This document shows, one piece after another, positions 24,880-38,935 of a stretch of 64,000 nt of DNA. Source of the DNA: the human T2T-CHM13v2.0 reference genome, Homo sapiens; NCBI GenBank assembly GCA_009914755.4, contig CP086569.2, positions 3,072,001-3,136,000 on the forward strand, read 5' to 3'. The position numbers and the translations under genes were made by a program. Each line of letters starts with the position of its first letter. Position 1 is the stretch's first letter. The notes below the pieces were generated by a model. The model was given only the letters and a program-made list of their open reading frames with translations. It was not told where the DNA came from and did no database searches.

Positions 24880-27700
24880 AGTTAAGATAAAGATGACCTC
24901 AATAGCACTTTCAACTACCCCGACCTATTTCAGATTTATAGGACACTTTCTAATAATAGCAGAATATATATTTTTCTCAAAGCAACGATCACCAAGCAGT
25001 ACACATTCAGTACCATTAAAACAATTTAGCTAATTTTAAATAATATAAATAATACACAGCATGCCCTAGACAACAACAGAATTAAACTAAAAGTCAATAT
25101 TATAAATATAATTGGAAAATCCAAAAATATTTCTGAATAATTTAGAACACTTCTAAATAGTATATGAGTCAATAAGGAAGTCCCAAAAACAATACAAAAA
25201 GATTTTGAACTGAAATGAACTGAAAATACAACATAGTATTTTTTTGATGCCCCTAAAGCAGTGTTTAGAGGGATATTTCTAGGAATACATGTTTATGGTA
25301 GAAGTTAAGAACTAAATGAAACTAGTAACAAGCTTTCATCTTTAAAATAAATAACAAATTAAAACAAAAGCAGAATCAAGTAAATAATAATTTTAAAGGT
25401 ATAAAATAGAAATCAATGAAATTAAAACAAAAAACGCAGGTGTCATATATCAAACAAACAAAAAACCTGGCTGTCTGTAAATATCATTAAAATTAGCCAA
25501 ATCCAAACTATACTAAGAAATAATTGACAACATTAACATTACCAATATTAGAAAATAATGAGAAAACATGGTGCTTGGCCTCACCAACACTGAAAAAATA
25601 CAACTTTCAAATAACTTTATGCCCATACATTTGACAACATAGGGGACATAGAGTAGTTCCAAGATATACGCTACCTATCAAAACTCGTTTTAAGAATAGA
25701 AACTCTAAATAACCCCATATCTTTTAAATAATTAGAGCTTGTATGTAACACCTTGAAACAAAGAAGAAAGAAAACAGTAATCTCCAGATCCTGAAGGTTT
25801 CACTAGTTGATATTGCCAAATACTTAAGGAAGCATTAAATACCACGTCTTTTTCAGAAACTAGCAGAGTAAGAAATATTTTCCAACTCATTATGAGCCCA
25901 GCATTACACTGATAATTAAACCACAAACAATACAATATTATGATAAAGAAGACTATAGACAAATATACTCATGAACATAGGAGAATCTCAACAAAATACT
26001 AGCAAATTGAATGCAGCAATATATAAAATGTCTAATACATAATTACACAGTAGGATCCAGCCAAATGATAATACTTTCTGTATTTTAAAAATCAGCCTCT
26101 ATTAATAGTCTAAAGAAGAAAAAAGTTGTATGGCCACATCAATAAATGCAGGGAAAGCAGTACACAAAATTGAATATCCAACCATGATCTAAATTCTCAA
26201 TAGTTTAAGGAAGAAGGGAACTTAAACCTAAAAAAGATTACCTGCAGAAAGCCAATAGTTAGCTATTGTTATCTAGTAGCCAATATCTGGTTATTGTTTG
26301 TTGATGGTTAGCCAATAGTTAGCTATATATCACAATTACTGGTGCGAGACTGAATGCTTTTCCCTTAAAATTGAAAGCAACTCAATTACAGATCTCAAGT
26401 CTAAATACCCCTATTTAGAATAATATTTTAAGTTATAGCTAGTGCAACAAGAAAAGGACATAAAAGACATACTGTTCAGAAAAGAAGGAAAACAAAAACT
26501 CTCTATTCACCAACAGCATAATTGCTATAGAGAGTCATTTTTTATAAACTACAAAAACCACTCTTAGAACTAAGAAGTCATTGTGGAAAATTTGCAGGAT
26601 ACAAGGTCAGTATACAAAAGTCAGTCATATTGCTATATAATGACAGTAAACAATTGGAATTGGAATTTTAAATATCTTAAAAAAGTTGGAACTCCATTTT
26701 ATTTCACATGCAAAAATTAACTCAAAATGGATCAAATCCTCAAATGTAAGAGCTAAACTATAAAACCCTTAGATCAAATACATGTAAAATGTGATGACAT
26801 TGGGTTAGGCAATGACACCAAAAGCACCTAAACAATAACAAAAAAGATGAACTTCATAAAATTAAAAGATTTGTACTGCAAAAGATACTGTCAGGAAATA
26901 AAAAGACAACCCAGAGGATAGAAAAAATATTTAAAGTTATATTTCTCATAAAGGACATATGTTTAAAATACATAAACACCTCCAATTCAATAATAAAAAG
27001 CAGGTAGCACAGTTAAAAATGGTTAAAGAATCTGATTGCACATTTCATCAAATAGGATTCAAAAATGGCCAATAAGCACATGAAAAGATGTTTCACGTTA
27101 TTGGCCACCATACAAATGCAAATCAAAACCACAATGAGATAGCACTTCATGCCCACTAGGATGATTACAATAAAAAAGATAGTTAATAAAAGTGTTAGTG
27201 TGGATGTGGAAAAACTGAAACCATCATATATTTCTGGTGAAAAACTGCTTGGCAAATTCTCAGAGAGTTAAGCATGGCATTTGCATATGACCCAGCAATG
27301 GTACTCCCAGACAAATACCAAAGTGAAATGAAAATATATGTCCATGCAAAAATTTCTATGCAAGTGTTTGTAGAAGCATTAATCATAATTGCCAAAGAGT
27401 GGGCACAACTCATTATACATCAACTGAAACATGTTTAAACAAAATGTGATATATTCATATAATGAAATATTATTCAGCCATAGGAAGAAATGAAGGTGGA
27501 AAATGAACAACAAATGTGTGCACAATATTTTGTTTCACATAATTCTTTTAGAAATATTGAAAGTATATATGACAGACTATAGCCACTTATTATAGCCCAT
27601 TCATAGGAACATGCTATTTTATTCTCTGTAATTTTAGTAGATTTGGAATGCATTTTAAGCATTTTTAAAGATATTATTATCTTGTCAATTTTTTAGAAAT
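24880..27700 (+). mobile_element. Old L1 (L1M/L1PB-like), ORF2 EN-RT-C-terminal region, degenerate
   Basis: The plus strand translates with stops to L1 ORF2 (…DLNSTFNYPDLFQIYRTL…, …PDPEGFTS…[19 protein letters not shown]…[13 protein letters not shown]…). The minus pseudo-ORFs 27013-27413 are the characteristic antisense-L1 ORF. Confidence 0.85.
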
Positions 27701-30700
27701 AAACTATTAGCTTGAGGAAAACATTAGTATTTATTTATTTATTTTCTTGCCAAGGACCTTGCATTCTTTTAAAAACATATTTGTAGCTGTTAATAAAAGA
27801 AATTAATTTGAAATTTAGCTGACCAAAAATATGCCAGTGCCTTTTGAATATTATTTAAATATATATAAATTAAGGAATTTTTACAAATACATTTTTCAAA
27901 ATTTTTATTTTAACTTTCTAAACAGAACTCACTCTCAAAGCTTATGACTAAAATTCAAATGCAGTTTTAATCATTTTGATCATTATTCTGTGGCAAATAT
28001 TATAATTTATTCTGTTTTAAGAATTTATAATATTATCTTTAAATTAAATCTAGCACTGCCTTTACAAATGTTATACACAACACTTAAACTTCCTAGATAG
28101 TGGTTCTGGCATATAACCACCTAGACAAATGTTTGGGTCCTTATTTTCTGTAAGTTACTCAGAATATAGATGCATATTTTATCCCCCTAGAATTAATTTA
28201 TCCAAATTAATCCTTTCCAAATGTATGACTCTTCTTATTTTTGGCTTCCGTAATTTCAATTAATTATTTCCAGAGTTACCTTCAAATACTAGCTGAAACT
28301 ATAGCAAGTGCATATGTTCTCTGATTTGTCTTTCTGTGTTGGCTGCAATTAACCTGGTTAATGTCAAATACTAAAACTGTTTATAATCAATTTCAAGAAC
28401 AAAACACAATATTTAGCATCAATTTTAAGAGCAAAATTAATAATATTAGTAAAAATACTATCACGAAAGTTTGCATATATTGCATTAATGCACAAATGTG
28501 AGTGCTCACCAGGTGCCAGACATTATGCTGTATATGCTGATGCTCATCTAATTTAAATTACAGTTATAATTATCCTGTTGTATCGATGTTGTTTTTTCTC
28601 ACTTTAAAGTTGAGGAAGTGAGGTCTTATTTTAAGCCTTACTTAGAACGGATTGACTTAGGAATTTTTGAGTTTACAATGGTGGGAAAGCAATACACATT
28701 CAATAGAAACTATACTTTGAATTTTGATCTTTTCCCAGTCTAGCAATATGCAGCATCATACTCTATTGTGATACTGGGCAGGGGCTGAGAGCCACAGTTC
28801 CCAGATAGCCATGTGATCATCAGGTTAAATAACCGCTACAGTATACTCTGTTGCCAGTGGTTTTGGGATATTGTGTTTTGTGTTTTTGCATCCCATCATG
28901 TGTACAAAATGTCCATCTGTGTCTCATGCTTTTCCTGGTGAGAAGAAGAAGAAGGCAATTACTCTTGAGGTGAAACAATGTAATTGCTCAGCACAAAGTG
29001 GGCAAGCCAGTAATGGCCATTGCACATGAGTTAGGACTTCCACAATCCACAATCCTGATTATCTTATCTTGTAAGTCAATGCCTTTTGACTTAAAATATT
29101 TTAATTTAGGATGGGTTTATTGGAATGTAATCCCATCATAATTCGAAAAACCTCTGTAGTTGAAAACATTACAATTTAATCTTAGATATGTCTAATTTAG
29201 AGCTAGATCGCTTTACCACAAGAATGTGTTCACATTAATGGAAATATTTTCCTTTGATTTTTAATTTTGTTAAAAATAAATAAATCAAAAGTTATTTCTG
29301 TACATATCAAGAACTTTCCATGTCTATGTGCCTTGATTAGTTTGACCACTTGCTCAAGAAAATAGCATATATGTCAGTTAAATAATACCTCCCACAAAAT
29401 TTCATTTCTTTAAAAAATATATAGAATCTCTTTGGATTGGTTGAGATTGCAAAAACATTTTGAGAAAGTTCCATATTTTCTAAGTCATTTATAATAGTGT
29501 CCTGCAATTTTGTTTTCTGCCACAAATTGATCAGGGCCACACTGTACAAACTCAAGTAACAGTTACCACTCAAAAAAATAAATCCACATTGGCAGGTGAT
29601 TTTGTTTTGTCTTTTTAACAATTGTAATAGAAATTTTATCAATAGGTTTTAAAAATTACCTCCCTTAAATGCTAAATGTTCAAAAATATCAGTGTTCCAC
29701 ATGCTGATTTATGCTAGCAAAAATATTGCTGTCCATCTTGATTAACTAGTTTAGAACTGCATTTTGGAAAACATTAGTCACTAGCTACATGTGGCTATTG
29801 AGAACTTGCAAGGTTGGTAATCCAAATAAGGATGTGCTGTAATTGTAAAATACCAGATTTTAACAATTTAGGATGTAAAAACTTAAAATTTCTTACTAAT
29901 ATTTTCATAATTATTACTTACTAAATGATAATATCATAAACATATTGGGTTAACAAAAACATATTAATACAATTTTTACTTTTCTCCTTTACATAGTTAA
30001 ATGTAACTACTAGAAAATCTAAAACTGTCATATTTCCATTGGACAGCATTTGTTTGAGTGTTGAAATTATTGAATAATCTCATATTATGATTCTGAAATA
30101 TAGATGTACTTTTTCTTACCTTCTATTTCTTGAATCGTAGATGTAAAAAAATTTTTATGCTTAAAATTTGAATATGTGGTTTTTAGTTATTGATTAATCT
30201 ATATGGGTCAAGAAAAGCTGAAGGCATTTTGGTTTAAAATATAAACTTTTGACAATTTGGTGATTGCTTGTAATTGGTCTACCTCAATGTGTTTGTATGC
30301 ATATGTACACAATGCACAGCTTAACTGTTCAATTTAGTCAGTTTTTAATATAATACTTAGTTTCATTAAGAAGGAAGTATTTCAAGTTGCTCATTGCTGT
30401 TCAGAAATGTTAGTCTATCACTAATATAAATATTTTACACATATGGACTACAACACTTTAGATAAACATTCATTACAAATTAATTGAAATGATTTTGGGT
30501 GTTTTACTATTAGTCATTGATAGAATAAAATAAACAATGTATTTCTCAAAAACAATCTGAGTACTATCTGGAAGTAGTGACAGTCATACATTTAGTGGTT
30601 TCAATTTCCTTTCAAAATTATTCAGAAAAAATCACTTATACAATTGCCTAAAAAAAACTAAAATTAAAAAAGGAAAAGAAAATATTGGGAAGATCTGTCT

Positions 30701-32526
30701 ATATTAATTCTGTGACTCTCAAATTTTATGAAGCCATAGAATAGATTCATTTGAAAAGCATATTTTTGAGCTGCTTTTAGACTTTAAGTAAGAATATCTC
30801 AATATTAATATATGGGATGCATTGAAAATTTCAGAAAAATTACAATGAATAAGTGAGATGGAAGTCAATGATGGCTTTAAATACATAAGAAATACAATTG
30901 CAACAGATTACTTTAGAAAATATTTTATTTCAGCCTAAACACTTATATGAAAACCCTACAAAACAGACCAAAAAGGGGAAGCTACCTATATTACTGAGAC
31001 AAATATCATGTATGTTTTTATATGTGCTCTGAAGAGGATCCTTATTGCCTGTCACTGCTTGACTGAGGCTGCTGAAAATCAAATACAAAACCTCATCCTT
31101 TGAGTGTGTGAATTACAATACAGGTTGAACTCAAAGCCTCACAGCATGTCTACTGTTAAAGTAAAGTGAGGGCTTAGATTAGGAAAGAATGGGACATTGA
31201 ATGTTAGAATGGTGGAGTGTGAAAAGACCCTGATAAAGCTGGGGAGATGAGGCCCTCAATTTTGATGAGTCTTCTTTGCCAGTGGAAGAGACTTTCTGAC
31301 ACCATTGGAAGCAGCCACCTCAGCCTCAGTAGTAGTGGCTTCCTCACCCCAAGTGGTAGTGGCCTTTACACCCCTTTCTAAGGGATTTAATCCTGCATTG
31401 CCTGAGGAAATTATAATGGACTCTCTGTAATCAGTGCCGTGTAACACAATGTTGATTCTTCTCAGAACTCATTCCACCACCCTTACCTGCTTCTAGATTT
31501 ATAACCAGACTCCAGTCCCGGCAGGCCCCAAAAAGTGAGACACAAAGTGTGACCTTGGAGGAAGTACACTACATTTCAGAAAACTTACTTGAATTTTCCA
31601 ATTTATATAGACATAAATACAAGGAATATGTGTGGAAATGGATATTAAAGGTGTGGGATAATGGAGGAAGAAATATAAAGTTTGAACAGACTAAATTTAT
31701 TGATATGGGCTCATTAAGTAGAGATTCCACATTTAATGCTGTGAATCAGAGAGTTATAAAGTACTTTCACAGTTTATTTGGTTGGTTGACTGAAGCATGA
31801 ACCAAAAGATAGCCTACAGTGAGTGAACTGGAAATTCCCAACCTGCCTAAGTTAAATATAGATAAAGTGGTTGAAAAGCTTAGGCATATTGCAGAGTAGG
31901 CCTTTATTCATAAAATTAAGACTTAGTTAACATGACCGAGAGTTTCCAGTAGACACATCTCTCACCACTACTGTAAGAAATAGATTTGTGAGAGTAGGCT
32001 TGGAATTTTTGAGCAGCTCTGTGTTCACTTTTCTCTGTAGGCCAGACCTTATCGTGGGGACTGCAGTCCCCGAATTGGGAAAACTAAATGCAATGGCAGT
32101 AATTAGATCTCTGGGTGGCAGGGATCACATGACAGCACTCAGCTACTAAAGGCAGTGGGGTTATGTTTCTCATAATGGATAGCAGAGTCAAAGCAGTAAT
32201 CAAAAGAATCTGACTCATAGACCTATGGTGTTGGCTAGTTGATCATGGTGTTGCCAGAAGTGAAATAGACAGGAAGTCTGCTACATTCTTATTTAATCTG
32301 CATAAGCAGAAAATACTACTCAAGTGAGAAAAAGTCTAACTTGAATTAAGAAAAAAACAGAGTCAACCCCTTTAATTAATCCCCAGACTTGATCCAATTC
32401 ACAGACTCAGAACCCTTGAATAAAAGGGAGACTGTGACTTCTCCAGGAAGGACTCGCGTACACTGTCAAAAATTTATACTGTTTATCTCCCCACCGGCAT
32501 TTTTGAAAGGATCCTAAAGACTTACC

Positions 32527-33146
32527 AGAATGCTATGGTTTGAATGTGTCCCCTCTAAAAATCAGGTTTGGGCAATTATTAAGTAGTGAGACCTTTAAGA
32601 GATCACTAGGCCACGAAGGCTGCTCTTTTTCTCATTAACGACATTAAGGTCCTTGTAAAAGAGGCTTCACAAAGCATTCGGCTAGTGTGCTCTTCTGCCT
32701 TTTACTATGTGAAGTCACAGCAAGAAGCCCCTCAACAGACCAAATGCTGGTGCCTTGATTTTGAACTTCCCAGCATTCAGAACCATGAGAAAAAGTTTCT
32801 GATCTTCATGAATTACCTAGTCTCAGGTATAATATTGTAACAGCACAAAATTTACTGAGAAAGAAATTGGTACTATAGGAGTAGGACATTCCTAAAACAA
32901 ATACCTCATTTATGCTGATGTGATTATTATGCATTGTATGCCTGTATCAAACTATCTTATGCACCCCATAAATATATACATAAATATATATACCTACTAT
33001 GTACCTACAATTTTTTTAAAAAAAAAACATGTGGAAGCAGGTTGGGAATAAAGTAACGGACAGAGTCTGTAACAGTATTGAAGTGAAGACTTAGAAAAGT
33101 TTGTATTGCTATAAATGAAGTACTAAGGGTGATTCTGTTAAGGCCT
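32527..33146 (+). mobile_element. MaLR LTR (32527-32868) plus the start of MaLR internal sequence. Contains a small L1 3'-end fragment with an A-tail (about 32925-33015).
   Basis: The LTR starts gctatggtttgaatgtgtcccctc. Internal 'aaattggtactatagg…aaagtttgtattgctataaatgaagtactaagggtgattctg' matches the MaLR-int start seen again at 57360-57500. Confidence 0.65.
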
Positions 33147-33592
33147 TGTATTAGTCCATTCTCATACTGCTAATAAAGATGTACCGAAGACTGGGTAGTT
33201 TATCAAGAAAAGAGGTTTAATTGACTCATAGTTTCACATGGCTGGGGGGCCTCAGGAAACTTACAATCATGGCAGAAGGTACCTCTTTACAAGGTGGCAG
33301 GAGAGAGAATCAGTGCTGAGCTAAGGGGAAAGCTCCTTATAAAACCATCAGATATGATGAGAACTCACTATCACGAGAACAGCATGAGGGAAGCCGCCCC
33401 CATGATTCAATTATCTCCATCTGGTCCTGCTCTTGACATGTGGGGATTATAACAATTCACGGTGAAATTTGTGTGGGGACACAGAGCCAAATGATATAAT
33501 TCCATCCCTGGCCCCTCCCAAATCTTGTGTCTTCACTTTTCAAAACAAAATCATGCCCTTCCAACCGTCCCCCAGTGGACTTGTGATGATCA
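33147..33592 (-). mobile_element. THE1-type MaLR LTR plus about 95 bp of internal sequence, minus orientation, inserted into the preceding MaLR
   Basis: tgtattagtccattctcatactgctaataaag...ggggacacagagccaaatgatata, then 'ccctggcccctccc...ttcaaaacaaaatcatgcccttccaa' as in the THE1-int 3' end (compare 45191-45290). Confidence 0.8.
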
Positions 33593-33600
33593 ATCTTATG

Positions 33601-34002
33601 TGTCAACTTGACCACAAGGTGGCAGATATTAGATTCAACATTATTCTGCATGTGTCAGTGAGGGTGTTTCTGGATGAGATCAGCATTAGAATGGTAGACT
33701 GAGTAAAACGGGTTGCCTTTCCCAGTGTAGGCAGGTTGCATCCAATCTGTTGAAGGCTTGAATGGATCAAAATGATTAAGAGAGAAATTAGTTTCTCTGC
33801 CTGTCTTTCATCTGAGATTTTCTTCTCCTGCCTTCATACTCAGACTTGAAGTGGAACTTATGTTACTTGTTTTCTTGGTTCTCAGGACTTCAGACTCAGA
33901 CTGAAGCTATACCATCAGCTTCCCTTGGTACGTAGCTTGCTGACTGCAGACCTTGGGATTTATCCAATTAGTAGCAACATGAGATAATTCCTAATAACAA
34001 AC
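33601..34002 (+). mobile_element. MLT2-like (ERVL) LTR fragment
   Basis: gtgtcaacttgacc...gtgtcagtgagggtgtttctggatgagatcagcattagaatggtagactgagtaaaacgg...catccaatctgttgaaggcttgaatgga...gactgcagaccttgggatttatc matches the MLT2 consensus layout. Confidence 0.55.
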
Positions 34003-34030
34003 TCTCTCTCTCTCTCTCTCTCTCTCATTC
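34003..34030. repeat. (CT)n microsatellite
   Basis: ctctctctctctctctctctctctc. Confidence 0.9.
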
Positions 34031-34033
34031 GGA

Positions 34034-37000
34034 CTAAACTCTCCAATCAAAAGACCTAGACTGGCTGAATGGATGAAAAAACAAAACCCACTAATCTGTT
34101 GCATACAAGAAAAATACTTCACCTATAAAGACACACATAGACTGAAAGTAAAGGGATGGGAAAAACATTATATGCCAATGGAAAACTGAAAAAAGCAATA
34201 GTCGCTATACTTATATCAGACAAAATAGTTTTCAAGACAAAAACTATAAGAAGGGACAAAGCAGCTAACTGTACAATTTATACAGTTTATAGTATAGGGG
34301 TCAATTCAGCAAGAGAATATAACAATTTTAAATATATATGCACCCAACATTATAGCACCCAGCTATCAAAGGAAATATTATTAGAGCTAAAGAGAGAAAT
34401 AGGCCGGAATACAATAATAGTTGGAGACTTCAACAACCCACTTTTAGGATTGGACAGATCTGCCAGACAGAGAATACACAAAGAAACAAACATTAACAAA
34501 GACTTAATCTGCACTATAGACCAAATGGATTTAACAGATATTTACAGAGTATTTTATTGAAGAGCTTCAGAATACACATTCTTTTTCTCAGCACATGGAT
34601 CATTCTCAAGAATAGACCATATGTTAGGTCAAAAAACAAGTCTTAAAATGTTAAAAAATTGAAATAATATCAAATATCTTCCCTAACCACAATAGAAAAA
34701 AGCTAGAAATTAATAACAGGATGGACGTTTAAAACTATACAATTACCTGGAAATTAAACAATATTCTCCTGAATGACCAGTGGGACAATGAAGAAATTAA
34801 GAAGAAAATTTGAAATGTTTTAAAACAAATGATAATAAAAACACAACATACCAACTTTTATGGGACACAGCAAAAGCAGTACTCAGAGGGAAGTTTATAG
34901 CTATAAGTGCTTACATCAAAACAAAGAAAAAACTTCAAATAAACAATCTAACAATACATCTTAAAGAACTAGAAAAGCAAGAGCAAGTCATACTTAAAAT
35001 TAGTAAAAGAAAATAATAAAGATCAAAGCAAAAATAAATAAAATTATAATGAAGAAAACAATACAAAAGACTAATGAAAGAAAAAGTTGTTTTTTAAAAA
35101 AAGTTAAACAAAACTGACAAATCTTTAGCCAGGCTAAGAAAAAAGTGAGAAGATCCATATAACATCAGAAATGAAAACAGAGACATTGCAACTAATACAA
35201 CAGAAATTCAAAGGATCATAACTGGCTACTAAGAGCAACTATATGCCAATAAAGTGGATAATCTAGAAGAAAATACATAAATTCCTAGATACATACAACC
35301 TAAAAAAATTGAACTGGGAAAAAACCTAAAACCTGAACAGACCAATATCAAGTAATCAGATTAAAGTCATAATAAAAATTCTTCCGTAAATAAATACTCA
35401 GGACCTGATGGCTTTACTGCTGGATTATACCAAACACTTAAACAATACCAATCCTACTGAAACTCTTCTGAAAAATAGAAAAGGAGGGAATACTTTCAAA
35501 CCCATTCTACAAGGTCAGTATTACCCTGATACCAAAACTTGTCAAAGACACATCAAAAAGAGGAAACTACAGCCCAATATATATGATGAATATTAATGCA
35601 GACATTCTCAGCAAAATACTAGCAAACTGAATTCAACAATGCATTAGAAATATTATTTATCATGACCAAGTGAAATTTATCACTGGGATGCCAGGATGGT
35701 TCAGCATATGCAAATCAATCAATATGATACATCATATCAGCAGAATAAAGGATAAAATTCATATGATAATTTCAACTGATGTTGAAAAGGCATTTCACAG
35801 AATTCAACATATCTTCATGATAAAAACCTTCTTAAAACAGGATGGAAAGAACATACCTCAACACAATAAAATATATGACAGACCCACAGGTAGTATCATA
35901 CTGAATGGAGAAATACATAAAGCCCTTCCTTTAAGATGTGGGACACGACAAGGAAGCCCACTGTCACCACAGTTACTCAAGATAATATTGGAAGTTTTAG
36001 CTAGAGCAAGTAGACAAGAGAAAGATATAAAGGACACACAAATTAGAAATGAAGAAATTCAATTATCCTTGTTTTAAGATGATATAATCCTATACTTGAA
36101 AAAAAAAAACCTAAAGACTCCACAGGAAAACTATTAGAACTGATAAACAAATTTAGTAAAGTTCAAGGACACAAAATCAACATAAAAAATAAGTAGAATT
36201 TCTTTATTCCAATAATGAACAATGTAAAAAAGTAATCCCCATACACTATTTACAATAGCCACACATAAAATTAAATACCTAGAAATTAAACAAAGAAGTG
36301 AAAAATCTCTATAACAAAAACTATAAAATATTGATGAAAGAAATTAAAGAAGACACCAAACAATAGAAAAATATTACATGTTCATGGATTGAAATAATCC
36401 ATACTGTTAACATGTCCATACAACCCCCCAAAATCTACAGGTTCATTGCAATCTGTATGAAAATACCAATGACATTCTTCACAAAAAAAAATCTTAAAAT
36501 TTATATGGAACTACAGATGACCCAAAATATCCACAGCTATCCTAAGCAAAAAGAACAAAATCAGAGGAATCACATTACCTGACTTCAAATTATACTACAG
36601 AGCTATAGTAACCAAAACAGCCTGAAACTGGCATAAAAACAGACACAGAGTCTAATGGAACAGAATCGAGAACCAGAAACAAATACACACACCTACAGTA
36701 AACTCATTTTAGAAAAAATTTTCAAGAACATACACTGGGGAAAGGACAGTTTCCTCAATAAACGGTTTTGGGAAAAGTGGATAATCACATGCAGAAGAAT
36801 GAAACCAGACCCCCATTTATACAAAAATCAAATAAAAGTGGATGAAAGACTTAAATCAAAAACCTCAAACTATAAAACCTACTACAAGAAAACATTGGGA
36901 AAAATCTCCTGGACGTTTTTTCTGGGCAAATACTTATTGAGCAATACCTCACAAGCACAGGCAACCAAAGCAGAAACAGCAAATGAGATCACATCAACTT

Positions 37001-38125
37001 AAGCTTCTGCACAGCAAAGGTTCCAATAAACAAGTGAAGAGACAACTCACAGAATGGGAGAAAATATTTGCAAACTACCCATCTGTCATGAGATTAAAAA
37101 CTGAAATATATAGGAAGCTGAAACAACTCTATAAGAAAAAGTCTAATAATCTGATCAAAAATTGGCAAAAGATTTGAAGATACATTTCTCAAAAGAAAAC
37201 ATAACATTTGCAAAACAGGCATATAAAAAGGTACTCAGCATCATTGATCATTCTAGAAATACAAGTCAAAACTACTATGGGATATTATCTCACTCCAATT
37301 AAAATGGCTTATATTTAAAAGACAGGCAATAACAAATGTTGGCGAGGATGTGGAGAAGAAACCCTCCCACGCTGTTGGTTGGAGTTTAATCTAGTACAAC
37401 CACTGTGGAGAACAGTTTGGAGGTCCCTCAAAAAAACTAAAAATTCAGCAACTCCTCTGCTGGGTATATACACAAAAGAAAGAAAATCAGTATATCAAAG
37501 AGATATCTGTATTTCTGTGTTTGTTGCAGCACTGTTTACATTAGCTAAGTTTTGGAAGCAACCTAATTGTCCACCAACAGAAGAATGGATAAAGAAAATG
37601 TTGTACTTAGGCACTATGGAGTACTCTTCAGCCATAAAAGGAATGAGATCCAGGCATTTGCAACAACATGGATGGAACTGGAGATCATTGTGCTATGTAA
37701 AATAAGCCAGACACAGAAAGACATCACATGTTCTCACTTATTTGAGGATCTAAAAATCAAAACATTTGAATTCATGGAGATAGAGAGTAGAAGTATGGTT
37801 ACAAGAGGCTGAGAAGGGTAGTGGGGGTTGTTGGGGGAGGTGGGGATGGTTAACGGGTACAAAAAAAAGTTACAAAGAATGAATAAGCCCTATTATTTGA
37901 TAGCACAATAGGGTGACCATAGTCAATAATAACTTAATTGTATGTTTTAAAATAACTTAATTAGTGTAATTTGATTGTTTTTAACTCGAATGACAAATGC
38001 TTGAGGAGATGGATACTCCATTCTCCATGATGTGATTATTTGACATTGCATGCCCGTATCAAAACATTGCATTTACACCATAAATATATACAGATACTAT
38101 GTAGCAAAAAAAAAAAAGAAAATAT
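34034..38125 (+). mobile_element. L1 (L1PB/L1MA-like), 5' truncated at the ORF2 start, with ORF2, 3' UTR and A-tail
   Basis: ORFs 34156-34560 ([15 protein letters not shown]), 35670-36077 ([12 protein letters not shown]), and 36655-37002, 36983-37177, 37379-37812 (C-terminal) are all L1 ORF2 in plus frames. Ends with a poly-A at about 38100-38125. Confidence 0.9.
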
Positions 38126-38346
38126 TAAACTCTAATTACTAGATTTATTTTCTAAAACTTGTGTTAGCATTTCTGAAAATAACTTTCTTTTTGTAAATTA
38201 TAGGACTAACTAAATAAGTAAATATATTTGGTTAATTGTAGCCAGGTTTTACATTGTTGTACAAGGGGCTTCTCTATCAACACATAAAGAAACAAATTGT
38301 AGAATTGGTTCTGCTGAGTGGAATTGGAGTTACCTACTATTGGTTC

Positions 38347-38352
38347 CTCCTG

Positions 38353-38440
<88 letters not shown>
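38347..38440. repeat. Compound (TA)n(CA)n microsatellite, about 30 TA followed by about 16 CA
   Basis: Direct read. Confidence 0.95.
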
Positions 38441-38448
<8 letters not shown>

Positions 38449-38649
38449 TAATATAAATAGTGCATGTTTGCATAAATAAATGCATACATACAGGTATGTA
38501 TATTTGGATATAGTGTGACTCAACTGTGTTTTTTGCTTGGGATCTCACAAGGCTGCAGCTCTTTTCTTGAGACTCAGGGAGCAAAAAAAAAAAAGAAAAG
38601 AAACACTTCCAGCTTCATTCAAATTTGTAATAGAAATTTGCTTCTTGTG

Positions 38650-38720
38650 ACTGTAGGAGTAAAGCCATTCTCCTCTCCTCTCCTCTCCTCTCCTTTCCTT
38701 CTTTCTTTTCTATTATTTTC
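38650..38720. repeat. (CTCCT)n / CT-rich simple repeat
   Basis: ctcctctcctctcctctcctctcctttccttctttc. Confidence 0.7.
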
Positions 38721-38865
38721 TTCCTGGCAAATGACTCCCTTTATTTTCAAGGTAACAATGGATGCCAAAAACTTCTCATGATTTGAATCATTCTGATTTC
38801 CTCTTCTACATCTCTGTAATTAGAGTGGGAAAAATTTTCTCCTTTTAAGGACTCATCTTAAGATA

Positions 38866-38935
38866 GATGCAGTGAACCAAGGTCGTGCCATTGCACTCCA
38901 GTCTGGACAACAGAGCGAGACTCCATTTAAAAAAA
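38866..38935 (+). mobile_element. Alu 3'-end fragment with A-tail
   Basis: gtgccattgcactccagtctggacaacagagcgagactccatttaaaaaaaa. Confidence 0.6.

Noticed and set aside
31200-32526. ORF 31549-31800 and a protease-like peptide (…LVDHGVARSE…) upstream of the MaLR LTR
   Set aside because: The similarities to retroviral gag/protease are too weak to call without an HMM search. It could be unique sequence.
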